A stretch of DNA of 64,000 bases from Schmidtea polychroa (lineage: Eukaryota), in the NCBI GenBank assembly GCA_044892525.1, contig CM097885.1, positions 72,416,001-72,480,000 of the forward strand, in the 5' to 3' direction. Positions 63,891-64,000 of the stretch are shown in pieces. Within the stretch, counting starts at the first letter, position 1. Every line of letters starts with the position of its first letter. Position numbers and translations under genes: made by a program. The notes under the pieces were generated by a model, which worked only from the letters and a program-made list of their open reading frames with translations, did not search any database and was not told the DNA's origin.

Positions 63891-64000
63891 ATATATATGA
63901 TAGAAAACTATTTCGAGTTCATTTAAACAAGAAAATAAAAGAAGTGGATAAAGATGCTTAAGATTTCTATAAGATTTCTATAAGATTAAGATATAATATT

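Overview
AT-rich eukaryotic (invertebrate-like) genomic scaffold with several N gaps, short spliceosomal introns and a dense load of transposon remnants. The centrepiece is a 14.2-kb Maverick/Polinton (polintovirus-type endogenous dsDNA virus) at 27427-41600. It has AGTAGT termini, ~0.8-0.9 kb TIRs and an exact 6-bp TSD (GTAGCC), and it sits inside a Ty3/gypsy pol region just upstream of the protease motif. It carries a protein-primed PolB, packaging ATPase, adenain protease, major and minor capsid proteins, a fibre-like protein and two candidate membrane proteins. Three features are unusual: a single ORF fusing a zinc finger, a parvovirus-type PLA2 and a DDE integrase; a tRNA-like Pol III unit (A box, double B box, oligo-T) at the inner edge of each TIR; and a 251-bp self-inverted unit at the tip of each TIR. 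The rest of the window holds a second full-length degraded gypsy element, a Tigger/pogo element, two bounded hAT elements, MITEs, a mariner remnant, Penelope remnants with hammerhead-like motifs, an HSP60 pseudogene fragment and exons of an Hv1-like proton channel whose S4 has only two arginines. All calls come from motif recognition by eye; no searches were run.
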